The notes under the pieces are model-generated. The model was given only the letters and a program-made list of their open reading frames with translations, searched no databases and was not told the DNA's origin. DNA of 64,000 nucleotides from Microgenomates group bacterium Gr01-1014_5 (GTDB lineage: Bacteria; Patescibacteriota; Microgenomatia; UBA8517; UBA10165), in the NCBI GenBank assembly GCA_007376395.1, contig VMGE01000007.1:8037-72036 (forward strand). Reading direction: 5' to 3'. Positions 27,547 to 36,991 of the stretch are shown in pieces (within the stretch, counting starts at the first letter, position 1; each line of letters starts with the position of its first letter). A program made the position numbers and the translations under genes.

Positions 27547-27888
27547 ATTTTCTTGCGAACTTAAGTTTCTTGCTATTATTTTCTCACATAACCTATAACC
27601 ATGTAAATACCAACTTATAATATTGCGCTTTAACGGCTCTTTAATAACTTATTTTACCCTTATAAGGTTATTCTTAATTATTAGCTGGCACTCCCCTATT
27701 TGATTTACCTATTTTACTACAAGTTGATTGGTGGTGCCCATTATTTTCACCCTTAACTAGCTTCTGTACACAGATTATCCCCAAAATTTTAAGCCTCAAT
27801 TAAACCTGGAAACTATATCGTGTCCACAATTTATTTGCTAAAAATACACTGTATACTATCGATGGCGAACAAAAGGCGAAAATCTATT

Positions 27889-29097
27889 TTACACAACAAG
27901 TTTTTGTATAATTTTTAATGTGTTATAAGCTGTATTGCGCCATGACATATTCTTTGCGTTTTCAACACCTTTCTTAACTAAAACACCGACAAAGGTTTTA
28001 TCCTCTAAAACCCGGTTAATCGCGCGGGTAATTTCAAAAGTGTTAAGGGGATTAATAAAAATTGCCGCGTCTCCAGCAACTTCTCTTAAGGCACCCTTGT
28101 CCGAGCAAACGACAGGTACGCCTGCGGCTTGTGCCTCGAGCACGGGAAGACCAAAACCCTCAGTTAAAGACGGCAATACAAACGCCTGAGCGCCTTTGTA
28201 GAGCCCAGGAAGGTCTGGTTCGTCAATTCTACCGGTGAAAACAACCTTGTCTTTTATTCCAAAGCGAAATGGCGCCTGCATGATTTCATCGTATAACCAA
28301 CCTGCCTTACCGGCAATTACCAATTTTCCATTATGTTTTACCTTTGAATAAGCCTCTATCAAACGAACAAGGTTTTTTCTAGGCTGTAAAGTCCCGACAA
28401 ACAGTATATAGTTTTCGCCGGTATGGTATTTGTCGCTTAACTGTTTACGGTTTAGGGGCACGTTGTGATATTTTTCGAATTCAACACCCTCGTGTACTAC
28501 TTCAATACTATTGCGATGTATATTGTATGTATTAAGTACTTCTTTGAGTGTGTCGTTTGAGACCGCGATTAGATGGTTAGCAAACCTCACCGACCAACTG
28601 ATAGACCAATTGCGGTGAATATGAGATAAAAAGCTACCAGCTTGCGGTAAATATTTTCCCTCCAGTCCATGGATTGTAACCAATATTGGCATTTGCGGTA
28701 ATAATTTAACCTTAGACCCTATACCAAAAACCGCTCTTGTTATTAATGGCAATGTATGTGCGGGAATAAATAAAATACCAGGTGGGTCTGTTAAAGTCTC
28801 CCACGCTAATCCCAGCTGTGTCCAAAAGCGACCAGGATAGATTGTCTTTGTCTTGAAATTTTGCGGCAATGGGAAGTTTGGCCTTTGTTTTGGTCTTAAA
28901 TAGAGCACATAGCGGTTTTTATGGTCAATTTCGGCTAAATTCTTTATTAAATGCCAACTGTAGTACTCAGGACCAGCAGGGTCTTTTACAAAAGCACGAC
29001 TAGCGTCAACACCGATAGTAAACCGCCTTTTTGGCGAAATTTTCAATTTTAAATTTTCAATTTTCAATGTAGTAGACGCTCTTAAATTATTAGGCAT
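27889..29097 (-). CDS. GT4 glycosyltransferase
   Basis: FVGTLQPRKN, EGFGLPVLEA. Confidence 0.93.
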   Translation of the reverse strand: MPNNLRASTTLKIENLKLKISPKRRFTIGVDASRAFVKDPAGPEYYSWHLIKNLAEIDHKNRYVLYLRPKQRPNFPLPQNFKTKTIYPGRFWTQLGLAWETLTDPPGILFIPAHTLPLITRAVFGIGSKVKLLPQMPILVTIHGLEGKYLPQAGSFLSHIHRNWSISWSVRFANHLIAVSNDTLKEVLNTYNIHRNSIEVVHEGVEFEKYHNVPLNRKQLSDKYHTGENYILFVGTLQPRKNLVRLIEAYSKVKHNGKLVIAGKAGWLYDEIMQAPFRFGIKDKVVFTGRIDEPDLPGLYKGAQAFVLPSLTEGFGLPVLEAQAAGVPVVCSDKGALREVAGDAAIFINPLNTFEITRAINRVLEDKTFVGVLVKKGVENAKNMSWRNTAYNTLKIIQKLVV

Positions 29098-29105
29098 TTA
29101 AAAAA

Positions 29106-29951
29106 TTATCTCTTTATAATCGAACGCTTATACAAATCAAGATTTTCCAAAGCTATTCCTGTCCCCCGGACAACACAAAGAAGCGGATCTTCTGCTAAGT
29201 GCGCAGGGACTCCTGTTTCTTCAGTAATTAACCGGTCAAAATTGCGCAAAAGGCTTGTTCCTCCAGACATAGTGATTCCACGCTCAATAATGTCGGACGC
29301 CAGCTCAGGCGGAGTATCTTCCAAAACTCCTTTAACAGCGCCAATAATAGAAAGGAGGGTTTGCTTAATCGCCTCTGTAATCTCAGACGAAGTTAAAACT
29401 ATGGTTCTGGGTAAGCCCAATACCTGGTCACGGCCTGATACCTCCATCGTTTCCTCTTTAGCAAGATGAATTGCTGATCCTATTTTAATCTTTATGGCTT
29501 CTGCTGTTTGATCACCGATAATCAAATTATGCTTCCTGCGCATGTGATTGGCTATTGCCTCATCGATTAAGTAGGCGGCCCGGGCTCCAGCCGACAAAGT
29601 CGCGTCCAATACAGCCCTACGTTCTACTTGGGTACAGCCGGCAGGCACGCAAATCATAACCTCAGGCTTGAAAAAAGCAATCCTGGGAGCAACTTTGGAG
29701 ATAAAATAACGCAGCATTGCTTCTGTCACCTGGTAATCTGCAATCACCCCTTCGCGCATAGGACGCATAGCTACAAGGTTTTCCGGGGTACGGCCAATCA
29801 TGCGTTTAGCCTCGTTGCCCACTGCCACAACCCGGTTTTCTTCAGTGATAGCAACAACTGTCGGCTCGTTAGCGACAATTCCCTCGCCAGCAACCCAGAC
29901 AAGGGTGTTTGCCGTACCTAAATCTATAGCGATACGTTGGGATAGCAGCAT
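29106..29951 (-). CDS. mreB: MreB with in-frame internal deletion
   Basis: IDLGTANT, RPMREGVIADY, LEDTPPELASDI; the segment from EP-AAAIGAG to DIGGG is absent after YLIDE. Confidence 0.9.
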   Translation of the reverse strand: MLLSQRIAIDLGTANTLVWVAGEGIVANEPTVVAITEENRVVAVGNEAKRMIGRTPENLVAMRPMREGVIADYQVTEAMLRYFISKVAPRIAFFKPEVMICVPAGCTQVERRAVLDATLSAGARAAYLIDEAIANHMRRKHNLIIGDQTAEAIKIKIGSAIHLAKEETMEVSGRDQVLGLPRTIVLTSSEITEAIKQTLLSIIGAVKGVLEDTPPELASDIIERGITMSGGTSLLRNFDRLITEETGVPAHLAEDPLLCVVRGTGIALENLDLYKRSIIKR

Positions 29952-30184
29952 TTTATATTAATAGAACCAAAAAACGTTAAACGGTTACGAAACGCGTATC
30001 GTTTAGCGGTTACTGCAAAGCAGTAAGTTTCTTACGCCTTTCCTTACCGATACTAGCCTCGTTACCGAATAACGACTTACTATACTATGGTTTGATATCT
30101 TTAGTACTATTACTGAGACAAAAGTTGGGGCAGATTACTTAAAGAGTATAAACTCATTTAACTCGAATTTGCAACTCTCTTTAA

Positions 30185-31324
30185 TTGATTTTGAACCCAA
30201 AATTCTATCCTAAAAATTGCAAGCTTGACACTAAAAATCTTGGTCTTAAACCAACAGGATTATTGGTCGCGACTTCTTCTCCGGACGGCGCCCAAATATT
30301 GATTAATACTATTCTTGAATCAGCCACAAACGCCACGCTCTCCCTACCCCCTGACAGCTATGATGTAGAAATTAAGAAAGAGGGCTTTTTAACCTGGCGC
30401 AAGCGTTTAACTATTAAAAAAGAAGAAGTAACTAAGGTCGATGCCGCCCTTTTCCCTGCAGCCCCTTCGCTTTCTGCGCTTACTTTTGGAGGTGCAATTA
30501 TGCCTGTAACCTCTCCTGACGGAACGCGGATTGTTTTCGGCGTGCCAAAATCAGCCGACAACACCAAACTCGGGCTTTGGGTTATGGATCTTGGTAATTT
30601 ACCAATCGGCTTTTCGTCAGATCCCAGACAAATCACGAACCTCTCCCCTGAAACCTCTTCCTGGAGCTGGTCACCTGATTCGCGGCAGGTCCTAGTTACA
30701 ACGCAAGCCGCAGGCGGCACATATCTTCTTCCGGCAGGATCTTACACTGCAGACCGGGATTTGGTAAATATCCGCGGGGCCCGGCTTGAGAAAGTACTTG
30801 CCCAGTGGCAGGTAGAAAAGACAAACCGCCGGGAAGATGACCTTGATCTCTTACCGAGCGAAATGCGGGATTTTCTAGAAAGAAAGGCCCAAGATTTCGT
30901 TTTTTCTCCCGATGAAAACAAAGTCCTTTATATTGCATCTGCCTCTGCAAGCTTGAAAGAAGAGCTTAGATCTCAAATTCCGGGCTCTTCTACGCAAAAA
31001 CAAGAACGTGGTATCAAACAATCACAAACCTATGTATACGATATAAAAGAAGATCGTAATTTTTACATTACTGACCAGAAAGTAATTTTAAATTCTGCGC
31101 TGAGCACAATAGGCTGGTTCCTGACAGAAAATATCGTACTCGCCGAACAAAATAATGTAACTATCATGGACTACGATGGAACTAACAGACAGGTTGTTTG
31201 GTCAGGCCCTTATATTGCTCCTTACGCAATTCCTGCACCTAACGGCCAGCGATTATTCTTACTTACTCCTCTTGGGGCAGGTAGTCCAAGCTTCGCAAAC
31301 ATTTATGCGTTGGGTTTGAAGTAA
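30185..31324 (+). CDS. PEGA-domain / TolB-like protein, N-terminus apparently lost
   Basis: TGLLVATSSPDGAQILIN, YDVEIKKEGF..W.K, SPDG, WSPD. Confidence 0.8.
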   Translation: MILNPKFYPKNCKLDTKNLGLKPTGLLVATSSPDGAQILINTILESATNATLSLPPDSYDVEIKKEGFLTWRKRLTIKKEEVTKVDAALFPAAPSLSALTFGGAIMPVTSPDGTRIVFGVPKSADNTKLGLWVMDLGNLPIGFSSDPRQITNLSPETSSWSWSPDSRQVLVTTQAAGGTYLLPAGSYTADRDLVNIRGARLEKVLAQWQVEKTNRREDDLDLLPSEMRDFLERKAQDFVFSPDENKVLYIASASASLKEELRSQIPGSSTQKQERGIKQSQTYVYDIKEDRNFYITDQKVILNSALSTIGWFLTENIVLAEQNNVTIMDYDGTNRQVVWSGPYIAPYAIPAPNGQRLFLLTPLGAGSPSFANIYALGLK

Positions 31325-31343
31325 TTGCTACAATTAGAATGGT

Positions 31344-31928
31344 ATGGATAGTTGGGATGGTAAGAACAATCCAAAGAAAGCAGGATATGAATATCTTCTA
31401 GCCTACAAGATTACTATCCCTATTTACGATTACACTGTAAGCTTTTGCAAAAAATACCGCGGATTACTTTCCTCGCATCGAACTTATGATCAAATGGTTC
31501 AAGCCGGAAGATCTGGCTCAAACAACATTCCAGAAGGAAATAAACAGGCAAGTCTAGAGGGCTATATTAAATTAACAGGGGTAAATCTTGCTTCTTTAGA
31601 AGAACTCTTAAAAGATTATTTAGCTTTTTCTCGACAAAACAAAACTCCAATTTGGGGAAAAGAAGAAACAGTAAGGAATGTAAGGGAGGTTGGGTTGGTG
31701 TGGGAAGTAATTCGAAAAACTTCAACCCTCCCCGACTCCCCTAACTTCCCCGACCTTCCCGATAATCTTGCCAAAGCTGTTAACTTAATGATTACACTTG
31801 TTAACCAAGCTATTTATTTGCAAAAAAGGCTCAGGGAGTCTTTAGAAAAGAAATTTGTCGAACAAGGTGGATTTCGGGAAAACCTTTTTAAGAGACGGTT
31901 AGACTACAGAAGAAAGAATGGTTGTTAA
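31344..31928 (+). CDS. four-helix-bundle protein with suffix domain
   Basis: GYEYLLAY, RTYDQMVQAGRS..NI.EG, LEKKFVEQGGFRENL; internal 9-mer repeats. Confidence 0.9.
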   Translation: MDSWDGKNNPKKAGYEYLLAYKITIPIYDYTVSFCKKYRGLLSSHRTYDQMVQAGRSGSNNIPEGNKQASLEGYIKLTGVNLASLEELLKDYLAFSRQNKTPIWGKEETVRNVREVGLVWEVIRKTSTLPDSPNFPDLPDNLAKAVNLMITLVNQAIYLQKRLRESLEKKFVEQGGFRENLFKRRLDYRRKNGC

Positions 31929-31955
31929 GCTCGGTTGTGGTAAAATAGAACTCAA

Positions 31956-32027
31956 GCTCCCATAGTTCAACGGATAGAACAGTCCCGTCCTAAGGGATAG
32001 ATCCGGGTTCAATTCCTGGTGGGAGCA
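31956..32027 (+). tRNA. tRNA-Arg(CCT)
   Basis: GCTCCCA/TGGGAGC, GTCCC-GTCCTAA-GGGAT, GGTTCAATT. Confidence 0.9.
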
Positions 32028-32050
32028 CCCTTTGACTGGCTCAGGGTAAA
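32028..32050. repeat. REP-like short element
   Basis: CCCTTTGACTGGCTCAGGGTAAA; related copies at 18183 and 38063. Confidence 0.55.
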
Positions 32051-32052
32051 CA

Positions 32053-32288
32053 CGGGGTGTAGTGAATCGGTATCACGCCGTTCGCCCCGTAAAATTTCGG
32101 AGAGTGGTGCAACGGCGGCACGCCGCGTTCGGGACGCGGAGGTAGAGGGTTCGAGTCCCTCCTCTCCGACTGAAATTAACGGGGTAAAGGACGAAGGGTT
32201 CAATGGCGCTCTTCGCCATATACAATAATGTTCACTTTAGAGCGAAGTAAGCCATATGAATCTGCGATTCATATTCCCAGCACCCCGA
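32053..32288 (+). other. tRNA-Pro-like shell enclosing a complete tRNA
   Basis: 5' CGGGGTG-TA-GTGA-ATCGGTA-TCAC and 3' TCCCAG-CACCCCG-A form acceptor and D arms; no matching anticodon arm or 5' T-arm strand found. Confidence 0.6.
32098..32169 (+). tRNA. tRNA-Pro(CGG)
   Basis: CGGAGAG/CTCTCCG-A, CCGCG-TTCGGGA-CGCGG, GAGGG-TTCGAGT-CCCTC. Confidence 0.93.
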
Positions 32289-32327
32289 CTTTGACTTCAG
32301 AGAGTGCCTGGAATATAATTACCACAA

Positions 32328-32852
32328 ATGGCAATTGCAGAATTTGCAAGATTACATTTACCCTCTCGAATGGTAATTGGTTTTCTGGAAACTGATATCA
32401 GCGATCACCTAAAAAGAGACGAGTCTCGTCATTCTGAAGCCGAAAGTCGGGCAAGGCAAAATCTAGCTGTTTGGGGCGCCAAGCTTGTCAAAGAAGGTGT
32501 TATGTCAGAAGGACCGGTGACCATAGACGCAGTTAGTCTAGGTCGACATAGAGAAGGATATATGGAAATAGCAACTACAGGCAGTGAAAGACCACTCTAT
32601 GGCGCGTTCAAAGCAAGAAGAGTCGTAGTTATGCATACCTCAGGCAGGTTGTTTAAAATAGATAGGGTTTTTAATGGTAACGATCTAAATAAGAGTGCTT
32701 TGTTCTTTCAGTTCGTTGATCGTCCTAAAGAGTTGACAGGAGAAAACTACATCCGTGCAGCTTACTATGCCTACGAAGCAATTAATCGCGCGCTTGAGAA
32801 AAGGCCGTTTACTTCTCCCCAAATATCTCTTCCTCGCGGAACCACAGTTTAA
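32328..32852 (+). CDS. hypothetical protein
   Basis: 174-aa ORF; TTGACT...TATAAT upstream. Confidence 0.6.
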   Translation: MAIAEFARLHLPSRMVIGFLETDISDHLKRDESRHSEAESRARQNLAVWGAKLVKEGVMSEGPVTIDAVSLGRHREGYMEIATTGSERPLYGAFKARRVVVMHTSGRLFKIDRVFNGNDLNKSALFFQFVDRPKELTGENYIRAAYYAYEAINRALEKRPFTSPQISLPRGTTV

Positions 32853-33359
32853 TTTCAAACTCCGCCTCTTCGGCAGTGCCTGAGGAGTGAACCATATTGT
32901 AAACTGCGCGTTTGTTAAGAGCGGATAGACCCGGAGAATCATAATGATAATCTCCTCTTATGGTCCCTGGAGGAGCGTCAAGTGGATAGGTCGGCCCGAC
33001 ATGTTTTCTGACGAGTTCTACCGCATGGGGTCCTGATAAAACAACGGCTAAAACGGCCCTTCTTTTAAATAATCAAATAACCAGCCTTGGATTTTCTGTC
33101 CAATCTCTACCGGGTCTGAGGTGCCCAAATCCTCGTTAGGATCCTTGCCATTCTCCTCCCAAAATTTAATTGTGGACTCCCCCACTTTGCGGAACCACGC
33201 CTCGTCTTTGTTATAGTGCTTTTCGAGAAGCACGTCATTAACTCTTAACATTTTGGCTCCAACAATCTGCAAACCAATTCGCTCAAAGCGCGTTAGGATT
33301 GCTCCAACAAGACCGCGTCTTACTCCGTCGGGTTTAACTACAAGAAGTGTTTTTTCCAT
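32809..33359 (-). pseudogene. ndk: nucleoside diphosphate kinase, 1-nt frameshift near 33053
   Basis: [14 protein letters not shown]; after EGP continues in another frame as [18 protein letters not shown]...PGTIRGD...NMVHSSG...EIKLWF. Confidence 0.9.
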
Positions 33360-33362
33360 AAA

Positions 33363-34724
33363 TTACAGTTTTAAGAGCTTTTGGAATTTTACAGTATCAA
33401 CAAAAGGTCCGACAACCGCCAAATTAAGCTTTGGAGTGGTAAAAAAGCCATTGGCAAGACTGTGAACGTCGCTCATCGTGACAGCGTCAATTCCAGCCAT
33501 AACCTGCTCGACTGTGCGCACTTCTTCCTCAAAAAGCTCCTGGTCGCCAAAGAATTCTGAGACAGAATGGGTGTCTTCTAATCCCAAAGCCAGTCTGCCT
33601 TTCAAATATTCCTTAGCTTTTGTAAGCTCCCGGTCTTTGACCTTACCGGGCGTGGAAATTTTGTTAAATTGCGCCAGTATTACCTCTATGGCCTCCTCAA
33701 CACTATCTAATTTAACCCCCGCCCTCGCGGCTATATACCCTGTATCTTTGTAATGGTCGATGTCGCAGCGAACATAATATGCAAGCCCTCTTTTCTCACG
33801 GATCTCATTCCAAAGCCAGGAAGACATTCCCCCACCGAGAATTGAAGCTAAAACTGCCTCTTTATAGCGGTCAGGGTGCCCCAAACGGTTGCCGCGCACA
33901 CCAAGCACAATATGTGCCTGCTCGGTTTTTTTATTTACCATTCTAATCTCGGGCTTTTTGGAAGGGTTCAACTTGGAAATGCGAGGTGAGAAGTGTGAAA
34001 CTGGATTCGCTTCGCTCTGACGTGCGAGGTGAGATTTCCCACTTCCCATTTCATTATCCAGCTTCCCATTTCTCACGTCCAACTTCGATCTACCAAGTTT
34101 CCCAAAATACTTTTGAGCCAGCTTAAGTACCTCGCTCTGGTCAAATTTACCCGCAACCGACAAAACCATGTTTTCTGGCTGGTAATAATCAGCGATAAAG
34201 CCTTCAAAATCTTTTTTCTCCATTGTGCGGATGGTTTCAGGGGTTCCGGCAACATCCCAACCGAGAGACGTCTTGTCAAATAAGAGCTCTTCAAAAAGAT
34301 AAGGGGCTTTATACATCGGCAAGTCCTCGTACATAGCAATTTCCTCTATAATTACCCCTTTTTCCTTCTCGATCTCACGTTCTTTTAATATCGGTGCCGA
34401 AATAAATTGCGATAATATATCAAACGCTAAAGAAAGATATCGTTCCCACGCTTTAATATAATATCCCGTGCGCTCTTTCCCGGTTGAAGCATTAATCTCT
34501 CCGCCTATCCCGTCAACTGCGGCTGAAATTACTGCAGAAGTAGGATATTTTTTTGTCCCCTTAAAAACCATGTGCTCCAAAAAGTGAGCCAGGCCTTGTT
34601 TTTTAACATTTTCATCACGGGAGCCTGAACCAATCAAAATTTGCACCGTTGCCGATTCCATGGCAGACATGGGAGCGGTAACTACGCGGAGACCATTATT
34701 AAGAGTGTGTTTTTGAAAATCCAT
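33363..34724 (-). CDS. M16 family peptidase
   Basis: GLAHFLEHM.FKGT, LGGGMSS.L..EIREKRGLAY; ~40-aa repeat-derived insert. Confidence 0.95.
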   Translation of the reverse strand: MDFQKHTLNNGLRVVTAPMSAMESATVQILIGSGSRDENVKKQGLAHFLEHMVFKGTKKYPTSAVISAAVDGIGGEINASTGKERTGYYIKAWERYLSLAFDILSQFISAPILKEREIEKEKGVIIEEIAMYEDLPMYKAPYLFEELLFDKTSLGWDVAGTPETIRTMEKKDFEGFIADYYQPENMVLSVAGKFDQSEVLKLAQKYFGKLGRSKLDVRNGKLDNEMGSGKSHLARQSEANPVSHFSPRISKLNPSKKPEIRMVNKKTEQAHIVLGVRGNRLGHPDRYKEAVLASILGGGMSSWLWNEIREKRGLAYYVRCDIDHYKDTGYIAARAGVKLDSVEEAIEVILAQFNKISTPGKVKDRELTKAKEYLKGRLALGLEDTHSVSEFFGDQELFEEEVRTVEQVMAGIDAVTMSDVHSLANGFFTTPKLNLAVVGPFVDTVKFQKLLKL

Positions 34725-34730
34725 TAAGGT

Positions 34731-36478
34731 TTACATTTTACTCGGAGCTTCGATTCCAAGCAAGTGGAGACCGGTTTTAAGGATAATTCCGGTCGCCTGA
34801 GTAAGGGCAAGACGGAAAGAGCTTGCTGTGTTCTGTGCGCTATCTGCTAATATCCTGTGTTTTGCATAAAAAGTGTTGTAGCGCTGGGCAAGCTCAAAAA
34901 GATAAGTACAAACCGTGTTTGGAGCAAAGTTTAAGGCGGCTTCTTCAACCACCTCGGGAAAACGGTAAATCCATCTCAAAAGAGCAAGTTCTTCAGATGC
35001 CAGATTACCGGGTTTCAGATTACCAGATTTGTCAGATCTGAGAGTCTGGCCATCTGATATCTGGTCATCTGATAATCTGGATTTCGCGATTACGCTTTCT
35101 GTTCTCGCATATGTGTACTGCAAATAAGGAGCAGAATTCCCTTCTAGAACAAACATTTTCTCCCAATCAAAAATAATATTTGATTCAGGGAATACTTTAT
35201 TGCCCCAATCCCCACTGCTTTGGCCTGCCCATCTCCTCCGTGAGCAAGCTTTTGTGCTCTTTCTATTGCCTCTTCTAAAACTTCTTCCAGTCTTACAATA
35301 TCCCCTCTCCTGGTTGAAAATTTTTTACCGGAAGGCGAGAGATATAAACCGTGCTTGATATGGACAAATTTTGTAATGTCTTCCGGGTGCAGAAGACGGT
35401 AAGCGGCAAAAACCTGCCGGAAGTGCAATTCTTGCTCTGCTCCAACTTCGTAGGCGATTAAATCCGGTTTCCACTCGTTTTTCCTGTATTCGATTGTCGC
35501 CAAATCCCGTGTGAGATAGGTTGACGCTCCATCTGATTTTCTTAACATGGCAGGCGTCATCTCCTCATTTGGAAAATGAATTACTAAAGCGCCTTGGTCT
35601 TCGGCTGCAATTTCTTTCTGTTCATATTCTTCGATAATGCCGTCGAGCGCTGTTTCATAAAAACTCTCTCCGTGCGCAAAGTCTATTTCAACACCCAAAA
35701 GTTTATAGATTCGCTCGTATTCCTGAAGCGATATATCTTTGACTTTTTTCCAAATATCACGTGCCTGAACATCTCCGTCTTCCAGCTTCTTAAACCAAAG
35801 CCTTGCCTCTTCTTTTAAGTCTGGATTTTCCTGGGATTTTGTGTTGAATTCGACATATAACTCCTGTAATTTTTCAATATCCAGAGTATCGGGGTCTAAG
35901 TTTTTATCAGTTATTTGGTATAAAAGAGTACCAAACTGCGTACCCCAATCTCCCAAATGGTTGTCGCCTATTGTCTGCCAGCCTAAAAATTTATATAGAT
36001 TGTAAAGCGCTTGTCCTATTATTGTCGATCTTAGGTGTCCAATTCCAAAAGGTTTAGCCACGTTGGGGGCAGAATAATCGATTACCATAGTCTTGCCATT
36101 ACCCAAATCGGACGAACCATATCGCTCACCTTTTTCCGTAATCAAAGACATTTCCTGACAAAGCGCGTCCTTGGAAAGCCAGAAGTTAATAAATCCGGGC
36201 TGAGCAACCTCAACTTTCTCAACATAATCTTTTAATTCTTCGTTCTTCTCTAGCTGTTCTACTATGGCTTTAGCAAATTCTAACGGGCTATTCAATTTCA
36301 AATTTAAAATTTCAAATTTAAAATTCCCAAACATCGTCATCGCGATGTTTGTAGAGTAGTCTCCATGCGCTTCCTCGGCAGGATGCTCGAGCTTAATCTC
36401 TCTGCCAGCAGGTGAATTACCCGTTATCTGAGTTACTGATAACTCGAGTGACTGTTTTATCTTCTCCTTTGCCTGCAT
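34731..36478 (-). CDS. argS: arginyl-tRNA synthetase, frameshifted near 35190
   Basis: HGDYSTN, DYSAPN.AK..IGHLRSTIIG, NHLGDWG.QFG, KFSTRRG; DALR domain (GNSAPYLQYTYAR) in a second frame. Confidence 0.93.
34993..35081. repeat. in-frame inverted CAGAT/ATCTG array inside argS
   Basis: Encodes LSDDQISDGQTLRSDKSGNLKPGNL; 35032-35065 matches 19697-19730 at 33/34 nt. Confidence 0.88.
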
Positions 36479-36551
36479 ATCTTTGAGTATACAGGCTTGA
36501 TCTTCTAAGTTCCAGTTGACGACCAAGTAATGGGTAATGTTAAAATTCCCT

Positions 36552-36926
36552 ATGGCATTAACGAAACAGGATCTTACGGCTATCGACAAACTTTTAACAG
36601 GAAGATTAAACGAGACGCAAAAATCTTTTAGCCAACTCTTGGATATACGGCTAAAAGATCAAGACAAACGCTTTGATGAAAAGCTCTTAGGGCAAGACAG
36701 TAGATTTGATAAAAAGCTTTCAGATCAAGACAAACGCTTTGATGAAAAGCTCTTAGGGCAAGACAGTAGATTTGATAAAAAGCTTTCAGATCAAGACAAA
36801 CGCTTTGATGAAAAGCTTATATCCTTACGCAAGCAAATCCATGGCGATATAGCCACCACCCTTAGTATCGGCTTAGCTGCAGTCGACAAAAGAATCGACA
36901 AGTTAGAAAAACAAATACAAAACTAG
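36552..36926 (+). CDS. coiled-coil protein with 66-bp tandem repeat
   Basis: MALTKQDL..I; DQDKRFDEKLLGQDSRFDKKLS about 2.5 times (36656-36817). Confidence 0.75.
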   Translation: MALTKQDLTAIDKLLTGRLNETQKSFSQLLDIRLKDQDKRFDEKLLGQDSRFDKKLSDQDKRFDEKLLGQDSRFDKKLSDQDKRFDEKLISLRKQIHGDIATTLSIGLAAVDKRIDKLEKQIQN

Positions 36927-36991
36927 CGTCATTTAACTTGCCAAGTTTTTCCACCACGCCCGCCAAAGCTACGCTTGGCGTTGCGAGTGGG

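Noticed and set aside
32009-32228. Short ORFs over tRNA-Pro; likewise 2796-3023 over tRNA-Trp
   Set aside because: Overlap well-formed tRNA genes
32080-32274. Group I intron inside the outer tRNA-Pro shell
   Set aside because: No P7 or R/S core motifs recognisable by eye, and removing the insert would not restore an anticodon arm
36656-36817. CRISPR-like periodicity
   Set aside because: Contiguous in-frame tandem repeat with no unique spacers and no cas genes
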